Assembly (NCBI GenBank): GCA_963695875.1
Contig: CAVOID010000008.1
Location: 229,169 to 293,168, forward strand
Source of the DNA: an uncultured delta proteobacterium
GTDB taxonomy: Bacteria > Desulfobacterota > Syntrophia > Syntrophales > UBA2185
Reading direction: 5' to 3'
Length of the DNA stretch: 64,000 bases
Below, piece by piece: positions 31,403 to 42,573 of this stretch. Each line of letters starts with the position of its first letter. The stretch's first letter is position 1. Both the position numbers and the translations under genes were made by a program. The notes beneath the pieces were generated by a model. The model saw nothing but the letters and a program-made list of their open reading frames with translations. It did not search any database and had not been told where the DNA came from.

Positions 31403-32904
31403 ATCATCTGAGAGGATATTGATACACGTAATTATATCTATACTTCTTCTTATTATCATCCCTTCACTTGTATTTTCATATGAACTTGAGAAAAAGGTTT
31501 TGTCATATACCCTCAAAAATGGTTTGAAAATCCTCATGGTGGAGAGGCATTTGAGCCCCACTGTATCTTTTTATATTAGACACAGTGTGGGTGCTATTGA
31601 CGAAGATGACGGCAGAACCGGCACAGCGCATCTTTTAGAACACATGATGTTTAAGGGGACAAAAACTATAGGCACAAAAAATTATAAAAAGGAAGATAAA
31701 ATTCTCAGGCTAATAGCTAAAACTGGGGGAAAACTTGATATTGAAAGGATGCGAGGGAAATATGCCAGATAGAAATAAAATCGAATCGCTAGCCAAACGG
31801 ATGATACTATTGCAGAAAGAGCATAAGAAATTATTTGTGGAAAACGAAATTGACAGGCTTTATACGGAAAACGGTGCAGATAATATGAATGCAACCACGG
31901 GACTGGATCTGACAACTTTTCATGTAAGTCTCCCTTCCAATAGGATTGAGCTCTGGGCCAGGATCGAGGCGGATAGAATGACTAACCCTGTCTTCCGTGA
32001 ATTCTATTCCGAGCGCAATGTCGTTACGGAAGAACGCAAACAAAGGATTGATTCCGATCCAGAAGGTCAGCTATATGAACAATTTTTAGCTACAGCATAT
32101 GTTGCCCATCCTTACAGACGACCGATCCTGGGCTGGCCGTCGGATTTGCAGTATTTAAATATTGAATATACGGCGGCTTTCTTTAAACAATATTATTCTC
32201 CGAATAACACGGTTATTGCAATTGTTGGAGATATTGATCCGGCAAAAACATTCAATATTGTCAATAAATACTTTGGATCTATTCCACGCCGCAATTTATA
32301 TCCTGCACCAATCACAGAGGAGCCCCCTCAAAAAGGCGAACGGCGCAGTTAATATCTTAGCAGATGCAAATCCTAAGATGATTGTTGCTTATCACAAACC
32401 AGCAATGCCGGACTTTGATGACTATGTGTTCGATGTTATAGAATGTATTGCTTTCAAGAGGAAGGACATCAAGATTCTATAAATCACTTGTTGAGGAACA
32501 AGGCCATCGCTGAAAGCATACAGACAGCCAATGGTGTACCCGGGGCAAGATATCCTAATCTTTTTGTAATATTTGCTAAACCTCGTCATCCACATACCAG
32601 CGCAGAAGTGGAGATGTCTATTTATGATGAGATAGAAAAACTTAAATCAACTGCTGTTTCTAAAAGAGATTTAGATAAGAGCTAAAAATCAACTTAGGGC
32701 CGATTTTATAAGAAGCCTGGAATCTAATTCCGGACTTGCAAACATACTTTCCTATTTTGAAATCATTGCCGGGGATTATCGACTATATTACCGATCACAT
32801 CAAAGTAATCGAGAAGGTCACACCTGAAGACATCATGCGTGTGGCAAAAAAATATCTGCTTCCCAGAAAACAGAACTGTAGCAAATTTGGTTAATAAAAA
32901 TTAG
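31392..32904 (+). CDS. M16B zinc peptidase, catalytic subunit (several frameshifts)
   Basis: Signal peptide, LKNGLKI, HLLEHMMFKGT (HxxEH), NATT, ERNVVTEER and HPYRRPILGW; pieces run to TAG at 32904. Confidence 0.85.
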
Positions 32905-32908
32905 TCTT

Positions 32909-34354
32909 ATGTACAAATATATTTTCCACCGCATTTTACTGTTGATTCTGCTGTATCCTCTATTTTTGGTACCACTGCTTACGCAACAGGAACAATCGCA
33001 ATTCCACAACCCTGCTGATCCTGATAAATTGCAGTACGAGCCAATCGAATTTATTCCACCTCAAGGCACAAAGGGTGGTTCTTGATAACGGCATTATTCT
33101 TTATGTATTTGAAGATCATGAACTCCCTCTTCTGAATATATCGACCGTAATCAGAACCGGTTCCAATTATGATCCTGTAGGAAAAGAAGGTCTTGCCGAA
33201 CTGACGGCTACAGTTATGAGAACCGGAGGCACCAACTCTATGTCTGGCAGTGCCATCGATGAAGCATTAGACTTTTTTGCTGGTTCAATCACTGTTTCGA
33301 TGAATCGAGATTCCGGATTAATCAACCTTTCTGTTCTTAAAAAAGATTTAGATGAAGGGCTTAATATCTTTACCCAGATACTTACAAATCCGGCTTTTGA
33401 AGAAAACAAAATCAGGCTGGCGAAAGATTTAAAGATTGAAGAACTCAGAAGAATAGCGGATGATCCCCAAAAGCTGGCTTTCAGGGAATTCAAAAGGCTC
33501 CTGTACGACAATAATCCCGCAGGAAGATTCCCTTCCTGTAACATCTGTAAATAATATCCAACGGGATGATATCCTCCAATTCTACAGAAGCTTCTTTTAT
33601 CCAGGGAATATAATGATGGCTGTCACTGGAGACATTTCAAAAGAGGACGCTATAAGTAAAATCAAAAATCATTTTGGATCATGGAATGAGGCCAAAAAAC
33701 AATCATGATATACCGTCCATACCTGCAAAACAGAAAGGACATATCTATTTTTTCTTCAAGGACATTCCTCAATCAATAGTCATCTCCGCTCAGTTTGCAC
33801 CGGGCAAGACAGAAGCCATGACGCATATCCTTTTGAGGTACTTGATTTTATCGTTGGAAGCGGTGGGTTCAAGTCTCTCATTTTCCAGGAAGTCAGAAAT
33901 AATCTCGGACTTGCATACAGTACAGGAAGTTTTTACACGAAGAAAAGTGAATATGGTGTTTTCGGAGCTTACGCAATAACAAAATCTGAATCGACATCGA
34001 AAGTACTTTCACTGATCCGTTCCATAATTCAAGATTTAAGGAACGATATAATAGATAAAAAAGAAATTGAGACGGGCAATAAGATCCATCAACAATAACT
34101 TTATTTTTTCTTTCATGTCTGCAAAACAAATTGCTTATCAGCAATTAATGATTGAATATGAGCACCTGCCTGAGGATTATCTCGTAACTTTCAGAGACAG
34201 GATCGCACAAGTTAAGGCAGAAGACATTAAAAGAATGGCTGTTAAATATCTACCTACAGATGAATCTGTTACTCTCGTTGTGGGCGATGAAAATGTCTAT
34301 AAACAAATGCTTACAATCTTCGGAAATCTTAAGAGAATTGAGAGTAAGCTATGA
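32909..34354 (+). CDS. M16B peptidase partner subunit, lacking HxxEH (several frameshifts)
   Basis: LDNGIILYVFEDHELP, GLAELTATVMRTGGT; EVRNNLGLAYS read across frames. Confidence 0.8.
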
Positions 34355-35592
34355 ATAATATGACAGCTTTCGAACAAATTGCCAGGCGTATTGACACCTA
34401 TGAAGATGCCATGATTAAGATGCAAATGGAACTGACTGCTATTTCTGCCCTGTCTCCTGATAATGGAGGTGATGGTGAATATAAGAAAGCAGTGTGTATA
34501 TCATCATATCTCCGCGAGATGAACTTCCCGAACATTACTGAAATTAACGCCCCTGATGATAGAGTTTCTTCGGGCATCAGACCCAATCTTTTCTCTACGA
34601 TACCGGGTAAGAACTCAGAAAAAACCATCTGGATTCTGACACACATCGACATAGTACCGCCTGGAGAAATTGGATTATGGGAAGATGATCCTTTCAGATG
34701 TTATGTAAAGAACGGAAGAATATACGGCAGAGGCACGGAGGATAATCAGCAGGATATGGTATCATCCATATTTGCTGCAAAGGCTTTATCAGATGAAGGT
34801 ATGATACCAGAATCATCAATAGGCCTAGCTTTCGTTGCTGACGAGGAAACAGCCAGCATTTTCGGTTTATCATATATTCTTCAAAACAAAAAAAACCCCT
34901 TTCGAAAAATAGACTTTATAGTAGTTCCTGATTCGGGAAACGAAGATGGAACAATGATTGAGATAGCTGAAAAAAGTATCTTCTGGCTTCGCTTCAAAAC
35001 AATTGGTAAACAGTGTCATGCGAGCAGACCTGATCTCGGGAAAAATGCATTTCAGGCTGCATCTCATCTTGTGGTCTTGTTAAATGATCTTCATCATATC
35101 TTCGATGCTTCTGACCCATTCTATCAGCCCCGGATAAGTACTTTTCAACCGACGAAAAAAGAACCTAATATCCAAAATATCAATACAGTTCCTGGAGAAG
35201 ATATCTTTTACATGGACAGCAGAATACTTCCTCAATATTGTTTATCAGATATTTTTCATAAAATAAGGGAAATGGCTGATGAAATAGAAAGACGATTTGA
35301 TGTATCCATAGAAATTACTACTATTCAGGAAATACAGGCTCCGCCGCCAACCCCTCATGACGCACCGGTTATCAATGCCCTTCAGGAAGCCGTAAAGAAA
35401 GTTTATAATGTATATGCGACACCGCAGGGAATAGGTGCTGGAACCATCGCCGCCATTTTTCGTAAAAATAACTACCCTGCTGCAGTATGGTCAAGGATTA
35501 ATAACACGGCCCATCAGCCAAATGAAAACTGTCTTATTTCTAATATGATTGGAAATGCTAAAGTTTACGCCCATTTGTTTATGCAAAAGTAA
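34351..35592 (+). CDS. M20 family metallohydrolase (ArgE/DapE-like)
   Basis: HIDIVPPG, YGRGTEDN, ADEE and AHQPNE motifs. Confidence 0.9.
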   Translation: MNNMTAFEQIARRIDTYEDAMIKMQMELTAISALSPDNGGDGEYKKAVCISSYLREMNFPNITEINAPDDRVSSGIRPNLFSTIPGKNSEKTIWILTHIDIVPPGEIGLWEDDPFRCYVKNGRIYGRGTEDNQQDMVSSIFAAKALSDEGMIPESSIGLAFVADEETASIFGLSYILQNKKNPFRKIDFIVVPDSGNEDGTMIEIAEKSIFWLRFKTIGKQCHASRPDLGKNAFQAASHLVVLLNDLHHIFDASDPFYQPRISTFQPTKKEPNIQNINTVPGEDIFYMDSRILPQYCLSDIFHKIREMADEIERRFDVSIEITTIQEIQAPPPTPHDAPVINALQEAVKKVYNVYATPQGIGAGTIAAIFRKNNYPAAVWSRINNTAHQPNENCLISNMIGNAKVYAHLFMQK

Positions 35593-35712
35593 AAAAGTAA
35601 AAATGATTGCAATCAAAAAAAACCCATGTTAGCATTATGCGCCTAAAACATTTTAGATTAAGAAATAATAACCTTAATTACTCCATAGTTAGTAGCGAGG
35701 TCGCATATTTAC

Positions 35713-36702
35713 TTGAAGCAAAGCCACGATACTGTATCTGTCAGAAAGATCAGTTTTACGGACAACAATCTCCTAAGAAATCTCCTAGGCGAACACGATA
35801 GAAATATTAAACTCATTGAGAAGCTTGAGCCTGTGAAATTGATTGTACGCGGCAATCTCCTAACCATCACGGGGGATGAGCTTACAACAGACCTTGTACA
35901 TAACCTCATTGTTCAACTATATTCATTGTTAGAAAAAGGGTATCCCTTATACCCGACAGACATCGATTATGGTCATAGAATTCTGTCCAGTGACAGCACG
36001 ATAGACTTGGAGAAGATATTTCTCGATACGGTTTTCATTTCATCAAAGAAACGAATCATTACCCCCAAAAGCATTGTACAGAAGCTTTACATCGACTTAA
36101 TAAGGGACTTCGATATAGTTTTTGCGATTGGTCCTGCGGGAACAGGCAAGACATACCTGGCTATGGCTATGGCAGTGTCCTCCCTGATCGATAAAAAGGT
36201 TAACCGTATTGTACTGGCAAGACCAGCCGTTGAAGCCGGTGAGAAGCTCGGTTTTTTACCGGGTGATCTTGCTGAAAAAGTTAATCCATATCTTAGACCT
36301 CTATACGATGCTCTCTTCGATATGATTGATTTTGATAAGGCATCGGCCCTTATTCATAAGGGAGTAATTGAAGTTGCTCCCCTCGCGTTTATGCGTGGAA
36401 GGACACTGAACGATTCTTTTGTAATTCTTGATGAAGCACAAAATACGACCTCAGAACAGATGAAGATGTTTCTAACAAGGCTCGGTTTCGGATCGAAGGC
36501 TGTTATTACAGGTGATATAACCCAGATAGATCTACCTCATGACAAAACATCCGGTCTCATAGAAGCAGAGACAATCCTTAAGAAAATAGAAGGGATTAAG
36601 CTGCTCCATTTTTCAGAGATCGATGTGGTCAGACATCCCCTTGTCCAAGATGTGATACGGGCATACAATCACCTTGACCGAGGAAAGAAGAGAATTAAAT
36701 AA
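35713..36702 (+). CDS. phoH: PhoH-family ATPase
   Basis: GPAGTGKTYLA, RPAVEAGEKLGFLPG, MRGRTL, DEAQN and DVVRHPLV. Confidence 0.95.
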   Translation: MKQSHDTVSVRKISFTDNNLLRNLLGEHDRNIKLIEKLEPVKLIVRGNLLTITGDELTTDLVHNLIVQLYSLLEKGYPLYPTDIDYGHRILSSDSTIDLEKIFLDTVFISSKKRIITPKSIVQKLYIDLIRDFDIVFAIGPAGTGKTYLAMAMAVSSLIDKKVNRIVLARPAVEAGEKLGFLPGDLAEKVNPYLRPLYDALFDMIDFDKASALIHKGVIEVAPLAFMRGRTLNDSFVILDEAQNTTSEQMKMFLTRLGFGSKAVITGDITQIDLPHDKTSGLIEAETILKKIEGIKLLHFSEIDVVRHPLVQDVIRAYNHLDRGKKRIK

Positions 36703-39073
36703 TAAATTCTTTATGATACTAAAAAATTTTAATCTAACCAAAGTTTTTAAATTCTTTAAAACAGTATCAGATCACAAAAACATAATACCCGAGTTTGCGA
36801 GAAAAATAGCATTTCAAAGATGGGCTATAGCTATTTTCCTGAGCGTTGTTCTTTCTTTGTTACTGACACCGAAAGTTTACTTTTCTTACCCGGAGTATAA
36901 AGTGGGCTCAATAGCTATCAGAGACGTTAGGGCTGATCACGATCTGCTCGTCGAAGATAGGGTAGCTACAGATCAGAAAAAAATCGAAGTAGTCAAGGAT
37001 GTCCAATCCGTTTACGATTATGACAGCGATGCTACTTCTCAGTTAAAGGCAACAATATCGAAGGTTTTTTCGTCTGCGGAACAATCATTTACTGTTATTG
37101 GCACTGAGCATGTATCCATGCAGACTTCCTTAAATAAGGTACGAAATGAATTTGCAAATTTATTAGGTATTACCCTTACTGATGATGAATTTAACATTCT
37201 TCAAAAATACAAATTCTCCACGTACATATCAGAAAAAATTTCTAAAATTATAGCAAGTGTCTATAACTCAGAATTAATAATCAACACCGATTTAACAAAA
37301 CAGGACATAGAAAATGGCATCATTATAAGAGACATCAGGACTCAAAAGGAAAAAAATGAAAGAAAACTTAACTCAATCAAACATATCAAAAGCATAGATA
37401 CAACTATTTTGAAGAAAGCAACTAATATTCTCAACAATAGTAATGAAGATTTGAGAAGAGTTGCTATCTCCTTATCGAAGAAGCTTATCCAGCCTAATCT
37501 GACTTTCAATAAGAACGCATCTGAAAGAAAAAAGCAGATTCTACAGGCAGATATTAAACCTGTTTTCTTCCAGGTAATGAAGGATGAAATGATTATTCGA
37601 GAAGGTCAGAAGATTTCTTCTTCCGATCTAGACAAGCTGAATGCTTTCTTTAAAATCAAAGGCGAAAAAGGTTTTTCAAACATCTACATTCTTTTTGGTA
37701 CTTTTTTTCTGATATTATCCCTGTCGATTGTACTTTTTCAATTGGCCAAAATATGGATTCAGTCTGACGAAAAAATTTCCGATATTATTTTTTTGGGCAT
37801 TACCGCCCTGTTTCAAATTTTGCTGATAAAATCAGGAATCTTCATGTCTGAGGCTATTAGCAGGGCATTTCCGTTTTTCCCTACCGAGACCTGTTTTTAT
37901 GCTATCCCTTTTGCTGCAGGTGCTATGCTTGTTGGAATTTTCATTAATAGAAGTGTAGCCTTGATATTTTCTATTTATTCATCATTTCTTGCAGCTTTTT
38001 TGTTCGAGGGTGAAATATCTATGATGCTTTTTGCCTTCCTCGGAAGTGTAGCAGCATCTTATCAGATCTCTCATTGCAAACAACGATCGGCATTTTTCAA
38101 AATTGGCTTTCTATTGGGTTTATTAAACTGTGCCACGATCTTATCCCTTTGTCTCTTTTCTCCCTCCAGCAGTATTATCTCAGCAAGTACCGTTATAAAG
38201 CTCTCCGTGGGGTTCGTGGGCGGCATTTTTTCAGGAATCTTCGTAGCAGGAATAACTCCTCTCTTTGAAACACTGTTTAATTATACAACAGATATAAAGC
38301 TATTAGAACTTGCGAATCTGAATCAGCCTATCTTCCAGAGAATGATTATGGAGGCACCTGGTACTTATCACCATAGTATTATCGTAGCTTCACTAGTTGA
38401 GGCTGCAGCAGAGGCTATAGGAGCAAATCCTCTTCTCGCCAAGGTTAGTGCATATTATCACGATGTAGGAAAGATAAAGAAACCCCAGTATTTCATTGAA
38501 AACCAGCAAAATGGAGAAAATAAGCACGTTAAACTCTCACCAAGAATGAGCAGCCTTATTATTACTACTCACGTCAAAGAAGGGTGTGAACTTGCAAGCA
38601 AAGCAAAGCTGGGAACGCAAATCACGAACATTATAAGAGAGCATCATGGGACTAGTCTTGTTAGTTACTTTTATGAGAAGGCAAAAAAGGACAGGGATCC
38701 CTCTATTAGATCCCTACCTGAAAGCGATTTTCGATACGCTGGACCAAAACCTCAAAGCAGGGAAGCCGGTCTTGTGCTGCTTGGTGATGTTATAGAGGCA
38801 TCATCAAGGACATTATCAAATCCCACTCCTGCAAGAATCAAAAATCTCGTCAGGGAAAGAATTGAGCGAGTACTTATGGATGGTCAACTCGATGACTGCG
38901 AACTTACACTTCATGATTTGAACAAAATTGCCGAGAACTTTATGAGAATACTCAACGGTATCTTTCATCAAAGAATTAATTATCCGGATTTGGTCATCCG
39001 GGAATTTAATGGAAGCAGAAAAGAAAACAATGTCGATACTAATAGAAAACAGGCAGAAAAGAATAAACGTTGA
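36674..39073 (+). CDS. 7TM-HD membrane phosphohydrolase (PgpH-like)
   Basis: Extracytoplasmic domain and 7 TM helices, then LLELANLN, APGTYHHS, YYHDVGK, EHHGT and PKPQSRE. Confidence 0.9.
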   Translation: MTEERRELNNKFFMILKNFNLTKVFKFFKTVSDHKNIIPEFARKIAFQRWAIAIFLSVVLSLLLTPKVYFSYPEYKVGSIAIRDVRADHDLLVEDRVATDQKKIEVVKDVQSVYDYDSDATSQLKATISKVFSSAEQSFTVIGTEHVSMQTSLNKVRNEFANLLGITLTDDEFNILQKYKFSTYISEKISKIIASVYNSELIINTDLTKQDIENGIIIRDIRTQKEKNERKLNSIKHIKSIDTTILKKATNILNNSNEDLRRVAISLSKKLIQPNLTFNKNASERKKQILQADIKPVFFQVMKDEMIIREGQKISSSDLDKLNAFFKIKGEKGFSNIYILFGTFFLILSLSIVLFQLAKIWIQSDEKISDIIFLGITALFQILLIKSGIFMSEAISRAFPFFPTETCFYAIPFAAGAMLVGIFINRSVALIFSIYSSFLAAFLFEGEISMMLFAFLGSVAASYQISHCKQRSAFFKIGFLLGLLNCATILSLCLFSPSSSIISASTVIKLSVGFVGGIFSGIFVAGITPLFETLFNYTTDIKLLELANLNQPIFQRMIMEAPGTYHHSIIVASLVEAAAEAIGANPLLAKVSAYYHDVGKIKKPQYFIENQQNGENKHVKLSPRMSSLIITTHVKEGCELASKAKLGTQITNIIREHHGTSLVSYFYEKAKKDRDPSIRSLPESDFRYAGPKPQSREAGLVLLGDVIEASSRTLSNPTPARIKNLVRERIERVLMDGQLDDCELTLHDLNKIAENFMRILNGIFHQRINYPDLVIREFNGSRKENNVDTNRKQAEKNKR

Positions 39074-39470
39074 TCTTCGGCGCGTTAGACGGCTACTAAG
39101 TAAAATTATGAAATATCTTGATTGTAAAGATAAGGAAATTAGCCTGTTATTTGTTAATAACGATGAAATAAGAGAAATAAACAAACGTTATTTAAATCGG
39201 GATTATCCTACAAATGTTATAACATTTTCTCTTACAGAAGGAGAATTTGGGAATATCAATCCCAAAATTCTCGGAGATATTGTTATTTCTGTGGAAAGAG
39301 CCTCAAAAGATGCAGAGGAAGCCGGCATTGAATTAAGTGATGAGTTGGAATTTCTTATGATTCATGGAATACTTCATCTCCTTAATTACAATCATGAAAA
39401 TACCAGCGAAGATGAGGTTAAAAAGATGGAGAGGAAGGAACAGGAAGTCTTCGGCATATTGAAAAAGTGA
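39030..39470 (+). CDS. ybeY: rRNA maturation endoribonuclease YbeY
   Basis: PTNVITF, LGDIVIS and HGILHLLNYNH motifs. Confidence 0.95.
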   Translation: MSILIENRQKRINVDLRRVRRLLSKIMKYLDCKDKEISLLFVNNDEIREINKRYLNRDYPTNVITFSLTEGEFGNINPKILGDIVISVERASKDAEEAGIELSDELEFLMIHGILHLLNYNHENTSEDEVKKMERKEQEVFGILKK

Positions 39471-39482
39471 ATTGCATTGATA

Positions 39483-41381
39483 TTATTTAACAATTATAAC
39501 CTGTCCGGGATGTATACTATCTTCGCGTGCTAATTTATTAATTTCAAGTATTCTATCCAGACTGACGCCGTTTTTTTTTGCAATTTTATCCAGACTGTCT
39601 CCCTTTTGAACTATATATGTTTTTGAATCGGCATGTGTAATCGGTTCCTTGCTTTTCCTGCTACCTGTTCTGGGAGTTTCTTTATCTAGGCTGATAATTT
39701 GTTGTTTTTCTCCATTTTTAGAGTTAATCATGATGACCTGACCAGGTTTGAGTGTTTTGCGTTTGATTCTATTCAATCTCTTAATTTCATCAATCGATGT
39801 ATTAAAACGCTTCGCAATAGATGCCAATGTATCACCCTTCTTAACCTTGTATTTGGTAATATCCGCGTTTGAGCGGCTTTTATCGTTGTCCGATTTCTGA
39901 GCTGGTTTGATTCTCGAATAGTTAGATTGATGAACAGGTATGATCAAACGTTGGCCCGCTTTGACTTTTTTTCTGCTTGATATGTCATTATAGGCCATGA
40001 TCGCACTGACGGATGTTCTATATCTCCTGGCAATTGCAGCAACGGTTTCTCCCCGTTTTGCCCTGTAATGAACAAATACCTCACGAGGTTTTTCACACTT
40101 GGGAATTTCATCTACAATCTTGGGAAATCTTTCAGCCAATTCTGAGGGAACTTTTAAATTATATTCTTTATCAGGTGTCACGCTTTGCCTTAGTTCCGAA
40201 TTTAATGACATAAGTATATCCTCTGAGGTTCCAAGGTGGAAAGCTATGTCCCATAGTCGCATGGACTTATCTGTTTTTACTACTTCGTAGTGGTAGGGTC
40301 TTGGTTTTTCAAAATCTTCACTAATCTCGATCCCATATTTTCTAGGATCTTTCACTATTTGCAGAGTTGCCAAAAAGCGTGGCACATAGCGTGCTGTCTC
40401 ATAAGGAAGTTGGTGATAAAGATCCCAGAATCGATCGAAATAATTGATGTGTTGCCTTGATATGACTTTAAGCACCCTTCCTTCTCCACAATTATAGGCA
40501 GCCAGAACTGTGAGCCAATCACCAAACATACTGTGGAGTTCCTTCAAATAATCTATGGCAGCTCTCGTTGATTTTTCGACATCCATTCTTTCGTCGATCC
40601 ATTCGTCACGATTTAGACCATACTTATAACCTGTTGAGGGAATAAACTGCCAGAGACCAAGCGCACGCGCCCGGGATAAAGCATTAAGTTTGAACCCACT
40701 TTCAACGAGGGGAAGCCAGGACAACTCTTCAGGCAAACCCGCTTTTTTCAACTCCTTTAAAATGATGGGACGATACAGACTTGAGCGTCCGTACGACTGG
40801 ATAAAAAAATCCTTTTCTATTGTTTGAAATTGCCTGATTTCTTTCTCAACATCGGAATTGACAATATGCGGTATTTCACTTCTCTTACCGCTTGTAGTTG
40901 TGTGCATTGATGAATAAATAGCAAGTATCTGCTTTGATATCAGTAAACGTATATCATCTTTCTGACGAGCTATATCCGGATCTCCGTTCGTATCCAATAG
41001 CAGGGCATAGGCCTGATCAAGTAAATCTAGGGCATTTTCCAGGTCGCCCTTAATCCAGTAATCCCGTGATTCATTAAGCAAGTCAATGGCCTCTTCCATT
41101 ATATCCGGGGCCTTTTCCTTGTCCTGTTCTTTTAGCCCTCCGTTAAAAGGAGACACGCTTTTTTGTTCTGACGACATCCCTTTACTGGGCTGTTCTTTTT
41201 CACGGGACTCTCGAACTATATACGGATTATCAACTGCTGCAAATTTGTCTGAAGTCAATAAAACATAGGAAGGTTCATTTACATCTTTGGTTTGGCAATA
41301 GGCATCACCGATGAAGCTATTATGACAGAGAAGAAGGAGCAAGGAAATAATGGACAGGAGAAAAATGCTTTTTCTCGACAT
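39483..41381 (-). CDS. mltD: LysM-domain lytic murein transglycosylase (MltD-like)
   Basis: LPLVESGF, GLWQFIPST, AAYNCGEG and ETARYVP, followed by several LysM repeats. Confidence 0.9.
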   Translation of the reverse strand: MSRKSIFLLSIISLLLLLCHNSFIGDAYCQTKDVNEPSYVLLTSDKFAAVDNPYIVRESREKEQPSKGMSSEQKSVSPFNGGLKEQDKEKAPDIMEEAIDLLNESRDYWIKGDLENALDLLDQAYALLLDTNGDPDIARQKDDIRLLISKQILAIYSSMHTTTSGKRSEIPHIVNSDVEKEIRQFQTIEKDFFIQSYGRSSLYRPIILKELKKAGLPEELSWLPLVESGFKLNALSRARALGLWQFIPSTGYKYGLNRDEWIDERMDVEKSTRAAIDYLKELHSMFGDWLTVLAAYNCGEGRVLKVISRQHINYFDRFWDLYHQLPYETARYVPRFLATLQIVKDPRKYGIEISEDFEKPRPYHYEVVKTDKSMRLWDIAFHLGTSEDILMSLNSELRQSVTPDKEYNLKVPSELAERFPKIVDEIPKCEKPREVFVHYRAKRGETVAAIARRYRTSVSAIMAYNDISSRKKVKAGQRLIIPVHQSNYSRIKPAQKSDNDKSRSNADITKYKVKKGDTLASIAKRFNTSIDEIKRLNRIKRKTLKPGQVIMINSKNGEKQQIISLDKETPRTGSRKSKEPITHADSKTYIVQKGDSLDKIAKKNGVSLDRILEINKLAREDSIHPGQVIIVK

Positions 41382-41483
41382 CTCAATAAACTCCTTTATG
41401 TTATTTTTTTATTCCGATCGAATTTCCAGCTGAGATACAAATTGTAATCATGTATATCACACTTTATAAATGCAAAATACTCT

Positions 41484-42573
41484 TTAGTTCATCAAATATG
41501 CCTCAATAAGATCATCAATATCACCGTCCAATACCCTGTTTACATTGCCTACCTCCAGATTTGTTCGGTGATCTTTAACCAATTTATACGGATGAAGAAT
41601 GTATGATCGAATCTGGCTTCCCCAAGCAATGTCTTTTTTTGCTTTATTCAATTCATCTAATTTTTTCCTTTGTTCCTGAAGCTCCATTTCATAAAGCCGA
41701 GATTTCAAGAATTTCATTGCCATAGCTTTATTTTTGTGCTGAGAACGTTCATTCTGGCATTGTACAACTATGCCTGTTGGCAAATGGGTAATTCTCACTG
41801 CCGAATCTGTCTTATTAACATGCTGTCCCCCTGCACCCGTGGATCTGTAGGTGTCAATGCGAAGATCATTTTCATCAATTTCTATGATTATTTCGTCATC
41901 AACTTCAGGATAAACAAAAACCGAGGCGAATGAGGTATGTCTGCGGGCACCCGAATCGAAAGGAGATATTCTCACAAGCCGATGAATGCCTATTTCCGCT
42001 TTGGCATAACCGTATGCATATTCTCCTTCGATGGTTATGGAAACGCTCTTTACGCCCGCTTCATCTCCAGGTTGATAATCAATAATGCTGGTAGTGAAGC
42101 CTTTCCTTTCCGCCCATCTTAAATACATCCGCAAGAGCATTTCCGCCCAATCCTGAGCTTCTGTTCCGCCTGCACCTGCATGAATAGTCATTATTGCATT
42201 CATCGGATCCTGTTCAGATCCGAGCATCAGTCTGAGCTCTTCATCTCTTACGGACAATTGAAGTTTATCTATATCTCTTCTTATCTCTTCCTTCGTTTGT
42301 TCATCATCTTCTTCGCTAGCGAGATTAAAAAGTATCTCGGCATCATCGATATCATTCTTGAGCTTTCTCCAGCTCGCGACAATTATTTCCAGCTTATTTT
42401 TATTTTTCAGAGTTTCACGTGCTTTTTCCTGTTCATTCCAGAAATTTTCATCCAACGATATTCTTTCCAACTCTTTTATCTGACCTTCCTTTTGGGTGAC
42501 GTCAAAGACATTCTCCAAGACGGTCTATTCTCTTTTTTAAATCCAGTATGGTTTCATTTATTTCTGAAAGCAT
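41484..42573 (-). CDS. prfB: Peptide chain release factor 2 with programmed +1 frameshift
   Basis: ATG 42573, 23 codons, then CTT TGA C at 42507-42501 with an internal GGAG SD; SPF and GGQ motifs in the +1 frame. Confidence 0.97.
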
